DNA from: an uncultured Fibrobacterota bacterium
GTDB lineage: Bacteria; Fibrobacterota; Chitinivibrionia; Chitinivibrionales; FEN-1185
DNA length: 64,000 nucleotides
Assembly (NCBI GenBank): GCA_963729895.1
Contig: CAVSQB010000015.1
Span: 1 to 64,000 of the forward strand
Reading direction: 5' to 3'
The notes under the pieces were generated by a model. That model ran no database searches, was not told the origin of the DNA, and worked only from the letters and a program-made list of their open reading frames with translations. Of this stretch, positions 19,069-28,457 are shown in pieces. Made by a program: the position numbers and the translations under genes. Position 1 is the stretch's first letter. Each line of letters opens with the position of its first letter.

Positions 19069-20365
19069 TTGCCTCATAATAAAAGGTAACCGAAGGGTCA
19101 GATTCGATGCCTCACAAATGAGGTAACCGTAACAAGGTTGAAAATGGTTTTGAGTTTTCTTTCGATAGTCTTTTTTAATTGGAATGGATTGAGAGCACGG
19201 TGGGTCAGTTCAAGGCTTTGCTTGACTTCTGAAGCTATGTAAGGTGATTCAACGATTCTTTGATAGGGAGTTTTCGGTTCTTCATAGGTCTTGCGGTATC
19301 GAGATCCTATCCGGATTTTAGATTTGAGTTTCAGCGATGGACAGAAGTGGTTTTGATAGAGAGACCACTCGTTGGCATAGAGGTCGTTAATGAGGGGAAG
19401 CGTGTCGGGGTTTTCGATCCGATCATAACCAAGCATGTGCCTGGCCTGCGCCCAGTTTTTCTGTTCGACATGGGCGTTGTCGTTTTTCTTGTAGGGACGT
19501 GACCGGGTGAACTTTACAGGGTCTTGTCGCACGGCGAAGTAGCGTTCGAGATGATAGTTGAGGAACTCGGACCCGTTATCACAGTCAAAGCCACGCAGGG
19601 CAAAAGGTATTCGTCGTTCGATGTCTTTAACCTGCTCAATGACACCCTGGGAGCCCTTATTCCACACAGCACGGCCTTCGGTCCAAGCAGTATGGATGTC
19701 AGTCATGATAAGGCTCCACACAAATTCTCCGGCAAGGCTGGTGCCGCAATGGGCAACCGTATCCGCCTCCATGAATCCAGGCTGGGTAATATCCCAGTTG
19801 TCGGTACGGATGGGGATTTGATTGCGCAGCATGGAGCCGGGCTTGGTGCCGCACAATCCCTTGCCCATACGCGTACGTAAAGGGCATAGGACGCGGTCAA
19901 GCGTGGAGCGGCTGACAGAGAGGAGCCGCGCACGGACTTCCTCGGAAAGCAGTTCAAAGGATTGTTCGTAGAATGGCAGCCATACTGGAATGACAACCTT
20001 AAGGCGGCGAGAGCACATGAAATCAGAGGCTTTCCAGATGTACTGTAACGCCTTAATAAAAAGCGGTTCAGCATATAAGGGTCTTCTTCCACGCTTGGCT
20101 TTTTGTTTCTGTTTGCGTTTTCCAAGTAGCCGGATAGCGTACTTGCGATTGTATCGGCAAATCGCACAAAACTCATCGAGAATCTGCTTTTTGCCGGCTC
20201 TGTTGGAATGGGCATATCGTTGTCGTATCGCTTCCCGATATGCTTCTTTTTCTTTGTGCCCCATAGTGGTAACCCCCTTTTTTCTTGGGTTACCTTAATT
20301 ATGAGGCAACGAATCAATTGGTGCGTGTTTCGATTAAGCCTTCGGTTACATTTAATTTGAGGCAA
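19069..20365 (-). mobile_element. ISNCY-like insertion sequence (boundaries approximate)
   Basis: Inverted ends TTGCCTCATAATAAAAGGTAACCGAAGG and CCTTCGGTTACATTTAATTTGAGGCAA, with a second internal copy of the motif at each end. Confidence 0.75.
19098..20264 (-). CDS. Integrase-core (rve) DDE transposase, ISNCY-like
   Basis: KQILDEFC..YNRKYAIRLL, PGFMEADTVAHCG, FDCDNGSEF and TRSRPYKKNDNAHVEQKN motifs. Confidence 0.9.
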   Translation of the reverse strand: MGHKEKEAYREAIRQRYAHSNRAGKKQILDEFCAICRYNRKYAIRLLGKRKQKQKAKRGRRPLYAEPLFIKALQYIWKASDFMCSRRLKVVIPVWLPFYEQSFELLSEEVRARLLSVSRSTLDRVLCPLRTRMGKGLCGTKPGSMLRNQIPIRTDNWDITQPGFMEADTVAHCGTSLAGEFVWSLIMTDIHTAWTEGRAVWNKGSQGVIEQVKDIERRIPFALRGFDCDNGSEFLNYHLERYFAVRQDPVKFTRSRPYKKNDNAHVEQKNWAQARHMLGYDRIENPDTLPLINDLYANEWSLYQNHFCPSLKLKSKIRIGSRYRKTYEEPKTPYQRIVESPYIASEVKQSLELTHRALNPFQLKKTIERKLKTIFNLVTVTSFVRHRI

Positions 20366-20394
20366 TGCGGAAGCACTTTTGCTCCAGATAGTGG

Positions 20395-20423
20395 TTGAAC
20401 CAATCAATAAGTATTGGTATAAT
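20395..20423 (+). promoter_or_regulatory. Putative sigma70 promoter
   Basis: TTGAAC-17 bp-TATAAT, ending 13 nt before the ATG at 20437. Confidence 0.6.
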
Positions 20424-20436
20424 TATTCCATCATCC

Positions 20437-21453
20437 ATGGAAAAAGCCACCCATTCAATCGACGGTAATCCTGACTCCAACCTCGGGCTTGTCGGAACAT
20501 CCGCCTACCTTCAACGACTGCGCCAGGACATCCGCCGCGTCGCGTCGGGTAATTTTCCGGTGATGGTGCGGGGCGAATCGGGCACGGGAAAAGACATCAT
20601 CGCCCGGGCGATCCACACGTGCGGGAAAAGAAACAGCAGGCGGATGGTTGTCCTCAATTGCGCCGCGATCCCAAGGCATCTCGAGGAAGCGGAACTTTTC
20701 GGCTACGCAAAGGGCGCGGCCGGCGGCGCAATGGTGCTGAAGCAAGGCATCATCGAAACCGCGGACTCGTCGACCCTGTTCCTCGACGAGGTGAGCGAGA
20801 TTTCCGGCGAACTCCAGGCCAAGCTGCTGCGAGTTATTGATAAAGGCGAATTCATTCCGGAAGGATCAACCGCGGTGAAGAAGGTGGACGTGCGCATCGT
20901 GAGCGCCACGAACCGCGACATCGAGGCCATGGTGAAAAACAAGACATTCCGCCAGGACCTGTTCTACCGCCTCAAAGGCGCGGTTATCGCCACGCGCCCG
21001 CTCGCCTACCACAGGGACGATATTCCGGTGCTCATCGACCACTTTCTCGGCATGCAGGACGACCCGAAAATCCCGCGCCGCATATCGCCCGCGGCGCTGC
21101 ACCTGCTCACGGACTACGCGTGGCCGGGCAACGTCCGGGAACTCAAATACACCGTGGAAGTCATCTGCATGGCGGGCATCGGCCTTAAATCGATCGACGA
21201 GCAAACCGTGCGCTCGGTGCTCAAGATGAACGCGGCCGCTCCCGAACAGCCCCTCACCTACAGAGAAGCGAAAGCCGCAACGATGCACGATTTCGAAACG
21301 CGGTATTTCACCAAGCTGCTCACCCACTTCAAAGGAAACCTCAACCAGGCCTCAAAAGTTGCAGGCATGTACAGGCCGAACCTTCTTAAGAAATTGAAAC
21401 AGTTGAGTATTTCGCAGAATGCGTTCAGGCCGGAGAAGAGACGGGTTGACTGA
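20437..21453 (+). CDS. NtrC/Fis-family AAA+ transcriptional regulator lacking a sensor domain, with degenerate GAFTGA
   Basis: GESGTGKD, LNCAAIP, LFLDEV, FRQDLFYRL, WPGNVREL and a C-terminal Fis HTH. The loop-1 motif reads GAAGGA. Confidence 0.9.
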   Translation: MEKATHSIDGNPDSNLGLVGTSAYLQRLRQDIRRVASGNFPVMVRGESGTGKDIIARAIHTCGKRNSRRMVVLNCAAIPRHLEEAELFGYAKGAAGGAMVLKQGIIETADSSTLFLDEVSEISGELQAKLLRVIDKGEFIPEGSTAVKKVDVRIVSATNRDIEAMVKNKTFRQDLFYRLKGAVIATRPLAYHRDDIPVLIDHFLGMQDDPKIPRRISPAALHLLTDYAWPGNVRELKYTVEVICMAGIGLKSIDEQTVRSVLKMNAAAPEQPLTYREAKAATMHDFETRYFTKLLTHFKGNLNQASKVAGMYRPNLLKKLKQLSISQNAFRPEKRRVD

Positions 21454-21744
21454 AGGGGCATTATGGACAATAAGACCTCAAAACCAGCTCCCAAATTTGT
21501 CAAAATAGCACAGAAATACGCTAAAGAACTTCTAATCGCGTTTGCATTCGCTATTGTTGCTGCGGTTATTTATGAATACTATGCAGATTACAATCGACAC
21601 AGAATATTAGAGAATAATACAAAAGCTGTTGCGACCCTATTTGTCTTCAATTCCAAGATGAGATGGTCCGGGATTTTTGAACAGGAAATAATGGTTTCTT
21701 AGTTGGATTCCGAGGGTATTTTTTCATTATCAAAGGAGTCCAAC

Positions 21745-22107
21745 ATGAACCGGAAGCAGCAAGCGAAGGCCGCCGCGATGTCCCCGAACAGCGATGGCAA
21801 CCCCGCCAAGCGGACCCGCCGCAAGATCGACGACGCTCTGAAGACGAAGGTGGTTCTGGAAGCCTTGAAGGAGGCCGAACCGCTGTCCGTTTTGGCAAGT
21901 CGGTACGAAGTCCATCCCAACCAGATAGCTCAGTGGCGCAGGCAGTTTCTTGGCAACGCGCAGATGGCTTTTTCGGGAGACAAGAACGCCGAGCAAGAGC
22001 TTGAGCGCGTTCGCGGTGATCGCGATGAGTATGCACGCAAGGTCGGGGAGCTGACCATGGATGTCGAGTTCCTAAAAAAAAACTTGCGGAAGCTGGGCAT
22101 GCTATGA
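21745..22107 (+). CDS. IS3 transposase OrfA
   Basis: KTKVVLEAL..LASRYEVHPNQIAQW HTH, AAGGAG RBS, A9 slippery run at 22074-22082. Confidence 0.9.
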   Translation: MNRKQQAKAAAMSPNSDGNPAKRTRRKIDDALKTKVVLEALKEAEPLSVLASRYEVHPNQIAQWRRQFLGNAQMAFSGDKNAEQELERVRGDRDEYARKVGELTMDVEFLKKNLRKLGML

Positions 22108-22946
22108 GAGCAAAGATGGCCGATTCTACAAGCGAGGACTTGACTTTGAAGAGGCAGTGTTCGCTGCTTTCCATTTGTCGGACCTCGATTTACTATACGC
22201 CGCAGACTAGTCCGATGAACAAGTTGCTCATGGATCGTATCGATGAGCTATTCACCGATGACCCCACGCGGGGCACCAGAAGGCTCCGGGCGGCCATGAG
22301 GCGTCAGTTTGGGCTGGAGGTTGGGCGCAGCAAGATTCGCAGGCTGATGGCCCGTATGGGCCTCCACGCGATCTACCGGGCCCTGAACACCTCGAAGCCC
22401 AATAAGGCACACAAGAAGTACCCGTATCTGCTTCGTGGCGTAGTGGTCAACCACCCCAACCAGGTGTGGAGCACCGATATCACCTACATCCGCCTCAACG
22501 GCGGCTTCGCTTACCTCTGCGCCGTTATCGACTGGTACAGTCGGTGCGTCCTTGCATGGCGTCTGTCGACCTCGCTGGACAGCGGCTTCTGCATCGAAGT
22601 TCTCAAGGAGGCACTGGCGAAGTACGGAGAACCGGAAATCTTCAACTCGGATCAGGGATGTCAGTTCACCAGCGAGGAGTTCACCTCGGTGCTCCTTGAA
22701 CGCGGTATCCGGATCAGCATGGACGGACGAGGGCGGGCGCTGGATAACGTGTTTGTCGAGAGGCTGTGGCGAACGGTCAAGTACGACGACATCTACATAC
22801 GGGGGTACAGCTCCGTTGCCGAGTGCCGCACCGGCCTTGCGGAGTTCTTTGAACGGTACAACAACCGGAGGGAGCACTCGTCCCTCCTTTACAACTATCC
22901 AATGGAAGTGTATATTGGTGAGGTAGTGCTATCAAAGGCAGCTTGA
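22104..22946 (+). CDS. IS3 transposase OrfB (integrase core)
   Basis: WSTDITY, IFNSDQGCQF and DNVFVERLWRTVKY motifs. In the -1 frame relative to OrfA. Confidence 0.93.
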   Translation: MRAKMADSTSEDLTLKRQCSLLSICRTSIYYTPQTSPMNKLLMDRIDELFTDDPTRGTRRLRAAMRRQFGLEVGRSKIRRLMARMGLHAIYRALNTSKPNKAHKKYPYLLRGVVVNHPNQVWSTDITYIRLNGGFAYLCAVIDWYSRCVLAWRLSTSLDSGFCIEVLKEALAKYGEPEIFNSDQGCQFTSEEFTSVLLERGIRISMDGRGRALDNVFVERLWRTVKYDDIYIRGYSSVAECRTGLAEFFERYNNRREHSSLLYNYPMEVYIGEVVLSKAA

Positions 22947-24072
22947 CGAGCAAGACAGGCAAGGCCAACTAAGCAATCAGAAATTCCTGTCAAGAAAAGT
23001 CGACCATCTCAAGATGGACCAAATAGCTACTGGAAGCGGCATATTTATAAGCCCAAATGGCAAGCTTGTAACTAACTCTCATGTGATTGAAGGGTATTCC
23101 ACAGTGCGTGCAAAGTTGTCATCGGGCGCATACTATGTACTGAAAGGCGTCGTCGGAGCAAGTAAGAGGCATGATTTGGCCATTTTGCAATTCGAGGCAA
23201 ATGATGTGCCGTATGTTAGAATCAAGAAGATTGACAAAGTCACGATAGGAGAATCTGTATTTACAATAGGATCACCGTTGGGTTTAGAAAAAACTGTCAC
23301 TGAAGGCATTATCAGCAATCCCGAACGAAAAGATGGAGATATAGAATTAATTCAGTTCACCGCACCAATTTCGTCGGGAAATAGCGGTGGCGGATTGTTT
23401 AACCAAAAGGGAATAATTCTCGGTATTACTTCAAATACGATATTGCCTACACGAACGGATGAAGCCGTTCAAAATATCAATTTTGCTGTGCCAATAAAAT
23501 ATGTAGAAAAGGCTTCCACGGGAAATGATATTGAATTTACGGAGAATAGCCCGGATTACTTTTATTCTGAGGGTGTGATATATAATAACAAGAAGGAATA
23601 TGACAAAGCTGAGGAATCATTCAAAAGCGCGATTCAAACAGATTCGCAATACGCAAATGCATATATTGACCTTGGCGATGTTTATTATAAGACTGGCAAG
23701 TGCGAAGAAGAAGTAAATGTTCTCTTGTATGCTCAAAAATTGATGCCAAATAATCCGGATGTGAACTTTTCTCTAGCCACGGCCTATGAAGACATTTCAG
23801 AGTACAGGTTGGCCATAGAGACCTATGAAAAGGTATTAAAATACCGACCGGACGATAAGGATGCCCTAGACAATGTGTGTTTGTTATACATAATTATTGG
23901 ACAAAATAGGAACGCTATTGAACATATCAAGCAGTTAAGTAAATTGGATGTTGGAATGAGTAATGAGCTTGATATTCTTGTGAAACGAACCAGCAAATAA
24001 GGTGGCCCACGCGAATCTTACTTCTTGTGTCCAGCGGTTTCTTTTTTCGCTCTTAACAAGGAGGCTGCATTC

Positions 24073-24567
24073 ATGACTTACCCCACAGATCGCGCCTTGC
24101 AGATTGCGGTCGAGATGGAGCGGCTCGGGCAGACGTTCTACGAGTCGCTGGCAAAGGGTTGCGCCAATGCGGCCATTGCCGCGCTCGCGTCGGACCTTGC
24201 CCGCGCAGAAAAACAGCATGTAGTGGTCTTTTCGCGCATGATCGAGGGGCTTCCCCCGGTGCTTCGCGGTCCAAAGTTGACGGAACAGGAACTGTACGCC
24301 GCCGCAAAGGAGCTTCGCGTGGATATCATGCCGGGCTCGGCGGTGGTACGCGACGCGGTGCTGGAGGCCGACCTGGGCAAGGTCCTGGAAATGGCAATAG
24401 ACATGGAGTCCAAGGCGGTCGGCTATTACACGGGCCAAAGCTTCGGCGCGGAGGGGGTTGATTCGGCGGCGTTGTCGAGAATCGCGGACGAAGAGAAGAA
24501 GCATTTGAAAGTGCTCCGTGAGCGCCGCATGCGGCTGTTTTCTTCTCCAGGAACGACTGCAATGTAA
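24073..24567 (+). CDS. Rubrerythrin/ferritin-like diiron protein
   Basis: Duplicated A..ME....FY / LA..E..H helices (AEKQH, EEKKH). AAGGAGG RBS. Confidence 0.85.
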   Translation: MTYPTDRALQIAVEMERLGQTFYESLAKGCANAAIAALASDLARAEKQHVVVFSRMIEGLPPVLRGPKLTEQELYAAAKELRVDIMPGSAVVRDAVLEADLGKVLEMAIDMESKAVGYYTGQSFGAEGVDSAALSRIADEEKKHLKVLRERRMRLFSSPGTTAM

Positions 24568-24633
24568 GAAACCCTCCCGGACAAAGAACGGCGCGCCATG
24601 ACACATTGACGACAAAAAGGAAGCCGTTTCGCC

Positions 24634-25116
24634 ATGAACCCGAGAATAGAAACATTGACCGAAAAGAAACTGATCGGGAAACGGATTACCATGTCTTTTT
24701 CCGACGACAGGACCTTTCAACTGTGGCGAAGCTTTATGCCGAGACGAAAAGAAATTCAAAACAGCGTCGGCTCGGACCTTTATTGCGTGCAAGTGTATGC
24801 TGCCATGGATTTCAACAATGTTAACCCGGCTGCGGCATTTGACAAATGGGCGGCCATTGAAGTGGCCGATTTTACTGCAGTTCCCGATGGAATGGAAACC
24901 ATCACGCTGCCGGCCGGACTTTACGCGGTCTTTCTGCATACCGGAGCTGCAAGCATAGGTCCAAAGACATTTCAATATATTTTCGGGACATGGCTGCCGA
25001 ATTCCGATTACTCTCTTGACAACAGGCCGCATTTTGAGATATTGGGAGAGAAATACAAGAATGAAGATCCACGTTCCGAAGAGGAATTATGGATACCTGT
25101 CAAACCGAAGCAATAA
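24634..25116 (+). CDS. GyrI-like small-molecule-binding protein
   Basis: VPDGME..LPAGLYAVF, YIFGTWLPNS, RPHFE and EEELWIPV motifs. Confidence 0.9.
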   Translation: MNPRIETLTEKKLIGKRITMSFSDDRTFQLWRSFMPRRKEIQNSVGSDLYCVQVYAAMDFNNVNPAAAFDKWAAIEVADFTAVPDGMETITLPAGLYAVFLHTGAASIGPKTFQYIFGTWLPNSDYSLDNRPHFEILGEKYKNEDPRSEEELWIPVKPKQ

Positions 25117-25198
25117 CGGACACTTTGCCAGGCCTTCAATTGCGACTCGCGGGCAACGCGGGGCTTAGGTTAGACATCACGGAGAATCTCAACGCATC

Positions 25199-25867
25199 AT
25201 GAAACTGCCCCGCTTCTTTAAACGCAAGGAATGTTTGGTCCCCACGCCGTGGACATGGTGTGCTGCGCTTGTGGCGTGCGCTCTCGGACTGCTCGTGTTT
25301 GCCTTCTCCATCCAGCCGTTTCTTGCACCGGTCCATCCGGTGAATGCCCGCATCCTCGTTGTTGAAGGATGGATACCCGAATATGCGCTCGAAGAGGCCG
25401 TTGCCGACTTCAGGACCAATAGATACGCGGTTGTCGTGGTTACGGGAGGTCCGGTCGAATCGGGCCATTTCCTCATCGGATACAAATCGCTCGCCGGCGT
25501 AGGCGCCGCCACGCTGAGGAAACTCGGCGTCGACAGTTCCCGCATTGCCGTGGTCCCTTCGCCGTTTGTCCAGAAAGACCGCACTTACGAGGAAGCGGTG
25601 TCGCTCAAGCGCTGGCTCGCGCGGAATCCGGACCTGGGAAAATCTCTCAATCTCTATTCCATCGGATGCCATTCGAGACGGTCCCAGCTTTTGTATTCCC
25701 GGGTGCTGGGCACGGCGTATACCGTGGGAATCGTGGCGTGCCCCGACCGCGGGTACGACAGCCGCAGGTGGTGGCGCTACAGCAACGGCGTCCGGGCCGT
25801 GGCCGACGAAACCCTGGCCTGCTGTTATGCGTTCCTGTTTTCCATCTTTGCATCCGCGACAGACTAG
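25199..25867 (+). CDS. YdcF/DUF218-like membrane-anchored protein
   Basis: N-terminal TM helix, LVVEGW, VTGG, RTYEEA and HSRRS motifs. Confidence 0.75.
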   Translation: MKLPRFFKRKECLVPTPWTWCAALVACALGLLVFAFSIQPFLAPVHPVNARILVVEGWIPEYALEEAVADFRTNRYAVVVVTGGPVESGHFLIGYKSLAGVGAATLRKLGVDSSRIAVVPSPFVQKDRTYEEAVSLKRWLARNPDLGKSLNLYSIGCHSRRSQLLYSRVLGTAYTVGIVACPDRGYDSRRWWRYSNGVRAVADETLACCYAFLFSIFASATD

Positions 25868-26008
25868 CCTTCCGGCATCGCGCCGGCACAAGCATCGTCC
25901 TTGAAAAACGGAAGTCGGTGAAGTACAATCTGATTACCAACGGCGCCGCGGTCCACAGGTTCGATGCGCCGCCATGCCACTGGACAGGCTGGCAGCGGAT
26001 TCTCACAA

Positions 26009-28225
26009 ATGAACAGACCCTACATCAGTCAACCGGCTCCCGGCCAAACGGGAACATCGTCACCGGCAATCCGGCGCGCCGGATCGACTATTCGCGCTTT
26101 GTACGGCTTCATCCTAGGACCGGACCACGCATCGTTCGAGCTTGAACAAAGGCTCTTTTCCTGGGTCATGTTCCTGAGCGCCATCGCCTGTCTGCTGGCA
26201 TGTGCCGAAAACGTAATCCTCGCATCCAATTTCTTGTTGCAAATCGGGACTATTGTTGCCGGTGTGCTTTTTGTCTTGTTCCTGGTCCTTGCGCGCCGCG
26301 GCATATCGTACCTGAAGCTGGTTTATCCGGCTACCGCCACGCTTGTGGGCGTCCTCTTGTTTGTCTGGGCCTGCAACGCGGGCAGCCGCGGCGGCACGCA
26401 ATTCTATCTTCTTATTTGTCCGCTCGTCTTCATGGTGTTCGCCAGGGGCGCGGGACGCATCATAACCATGGGGATCTTCCTAATCGCAACGGCGTTCCTT
26501 CTGGCGCTCGAACACACCCACCCCGGCTTGATCATGGGCTATGCTTCGGAAACAGACCGTCTGGTTGACATTTCGATATCATTCTACATGGCAATGATCC
26601 TCACCGTGGCCTTTGTCCTCGTGCTCCACAAAGGATACCGCAGAGTAATTGAAAAGTCCGAAGCGGAAAAACGCGCGAGCGACGCCCGGTTCTTCGAAAC
26701 CGCCGACATGCTGCCGGTGATGATCTGCGAAACGGGCAGCGACCTTTCGATATCCTTTATCAACCGGGCAGGCTGCGCTCTCACCGGATTTGCGCAGGGC
26801 GAACTCGGCCGCGCCCACACCATGCTCGACATTATCCACGCCGACGACCGGCCGCGGGCGGAAAGCGAATTCACGCGCACCCTTTCCGGCGAGCGCCTGC
26901 CGCTGCAGGAATTCCGGATCGTGCGCAAAGACGGAAAAACGCTTCGTACCCTCTTGCAATGCGACCATGTCTACGCTGACAAGGGGGTGAGCGGCCTGCG
27001 GATGTGCATAGTGGACATCACGGAAAAGAAGTCACTCGAAGAGCAATACCGGCAGGCCCAGAAAATGGAATCGGTGGGACTGCTGGCAGGGGGCGTTGCG
27101 CACGATTTCAACAACATCCTGTCCGCCATCCTCGGCTACGCATCTCTCATCCGGATGGAGAATTCGGAACGGGAGAAAAACGGGTTTACGGCAAAACTCG
27201 ACGAACAGATAACGGCCATTCTCAAAGCGGGCGACCGGGCGACCGACCTGGTGAGAAAGCTTCTGGCGTTTTCCCGGCAGGGGTCCTACAAAGTAAACCC
27301 GCTCAACATTCATACGCTCATCGACGAAGCTACGGCGCTTCTGGCCCACAGCATCGACAGGCGGATCACCATTGCCAAACACCTCACTGCGCTCAACCCG
27401 GTCGTCTCGGGCGATCAGTCGCTTCTGCAAAGCGCGCTGCTCAACCTCGCCGTCAATGCCAGGGACGCAATGCCCGACGGCGGCACGCTCACCTTTTCCA
27501 CCACAGCGGTGATGGTTGACAAACAGTTTGCGGACAAGCGGCCCTTTGCCATTGCGTTGGGGCACTACGTTGCCGTCACCGTAGCCGACACCGGCGTCGG
27601 GCTTGACGGAAACGTCAAGAAGCACCTCTTTGAGCCGTTCTTTACAACAAAGGAGCCCGGCAAGGGCACCGGGCTCGGGCTTGCCAGCGTTTTCGGCACC
27701 GTAAAACGGCACGGCGGGTTCATCGAAGCCGAATCGGCGCCGGGCCGGGGCACGATTATGACCTTCTACCTGCCGCAGACAGCCGCGCAACCTGCTTTGG
27801 AGGCGGCCGCCCCGCCGTTGGAAAAGCCAAAGAACTCCCTGCACGTGCTGGTAGTGGACGACGAAACCATGATCTGCGATTTTGTAAAGGAGTATCTTTC
27901 CGCGGAGGGGTACCACGCCACGACGTTCTCTGACCCCCAGAAGGCCGTGGAGTGGTACCGGCGTTCATTCGCCGGCGTCGACTGCATCGTGCTTGACATG
28001 AACATGCCGGTGATGGACGGAAAGGCCTGTTTCGCCGCCATGCGAAAGATAAATCCCCGGGCCAGGGCCATTTTCTCAACGGGCTTCATGGTGGGCGACA
28101 CGGCCGCGATCATCCGCATGCCCGGCATCCGCGGATATGTCCAGAAGCCGTTCACGCTGGAAGGGCTTGTGCTGGCAATCACGCAGGCGGTTGACGGCGA
28201 GGACATAAATTCTGCAGATTCATAA
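26009..28225 (+). CDS. Membrane PAS-domain hybrid histidine kinase with receiver domain
   Basis: About 6 TM helices, PAS, AGGVAHDFNN H-box, NARDAM, FEPFFTTK, GTGLGL and VVDDE..LDMNMP receiver. Confidence 0.93.
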   Translation: MNRPYISQPAPGQTGTSSPAIRRAGSTIRALYGFILGPDHASFELEQRLFSWVMFLSAIACLLACAENVILASNFLLQIGTIVAGVLFVLFLVLARRGISYLKLVYPATATLVGVLLFVWACNAGSRGGTQFYLLICPLVFMVFARGAGRIITMGIFLIATAFLLALEHTHPGLIMGYASETDRLVDISISFYMAMILTVAFVLVLHKGYRRVIEKSEAEKRASDARFFETADMLPVMICETGSDLSISFINRAGCALTGFAQGELGRAHTMLDIIHADDRPRAESEFTRTLSGERLPLQEFRIVRKDGKTLRTLLQCDHVYADKGVSGLRMCIVDITEKKSLEEQYRQAQKMESVGLLAGGVAHDFNNILSAILGYASLIRMENSEREKNGFTAKLDEQITAILKAGDRATDLVRKLLAFSRQGSYKVNPLNIHTLIDEATALLAHSIDRRITIAKHLTALNPVVSGDQSLLQSALLNLAVNARDAMPDGGTLTFSTTAVMVDKQFADKRPFAIALGHYVAVTVADTGVGLDGNVKKHLFEPFFTTKEPGKGTGLGLASVFGTVKRHGGFIEAESAPGRGTIMTFYLPQTAAQPALEAAAPPLEKPKNSLHVLVVDDETMICDFVKEYLSAEGYHATTFSDPQKAVEWYRRSFAGVDCIVLDMNMPVMDGKACFAAMRKINPRARAIFSTGFMVGDTAAIIRMPGIRGYVQKPFTLEGLVLAITQAVDGEDINSADS

Positions 28226-28257
28226 GGCGCAAGAATAGATAAGGAACAGAACATAAA

Positions 28258-28397
28258 GTTGGGCGTTTCCCTCGCTTCGCTCGGGTCGGCCCTCCCGTCG
28301 GGCTCGGCTTTCAGCCTCGGTGCCGGATCGCCCCTATGCCTTCGGCGGGGCCGACCGGCACTGCTCTCCAGAGCACCTTACGGTCCTGCCTAACGCG
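28258..28397. repeat. Structured intergenic element, copy 3
   Basis: Same termini and core as 18556-18729. Lies between convergent genes. Confidence 0.85.
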
Positions 28398-28457
28398 AAT
28401 TCCAAAGACCGAATAGCATTCGTCTTGCCCCCCACTGTGGCCCGCCTGACTCCCGCG

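Larger units (their letters stand above)
21659..23011 (+). mobile_element. IS3-family insertion sequence, 1353 bp
   Basis: TG...CA ends, IRs TGAGATGGTC and GACCATCTCA, 3-bp target duplication AGA (21656-21658, 23012-23014). Confidence 0.95.
21463..24000 (+). pseudogene. Membrane-anchored trypsin-like (S1C) serine protease with TPR repeats, interrupted by IS3
   Basis: Removing 21659-23014 restores in-frame ...LFVFNSK-MDQIATGSGIF. TNSHV, DLAIL and GNSGG triad motifs plus C-terminal TPRs. Confidence 0.9.
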
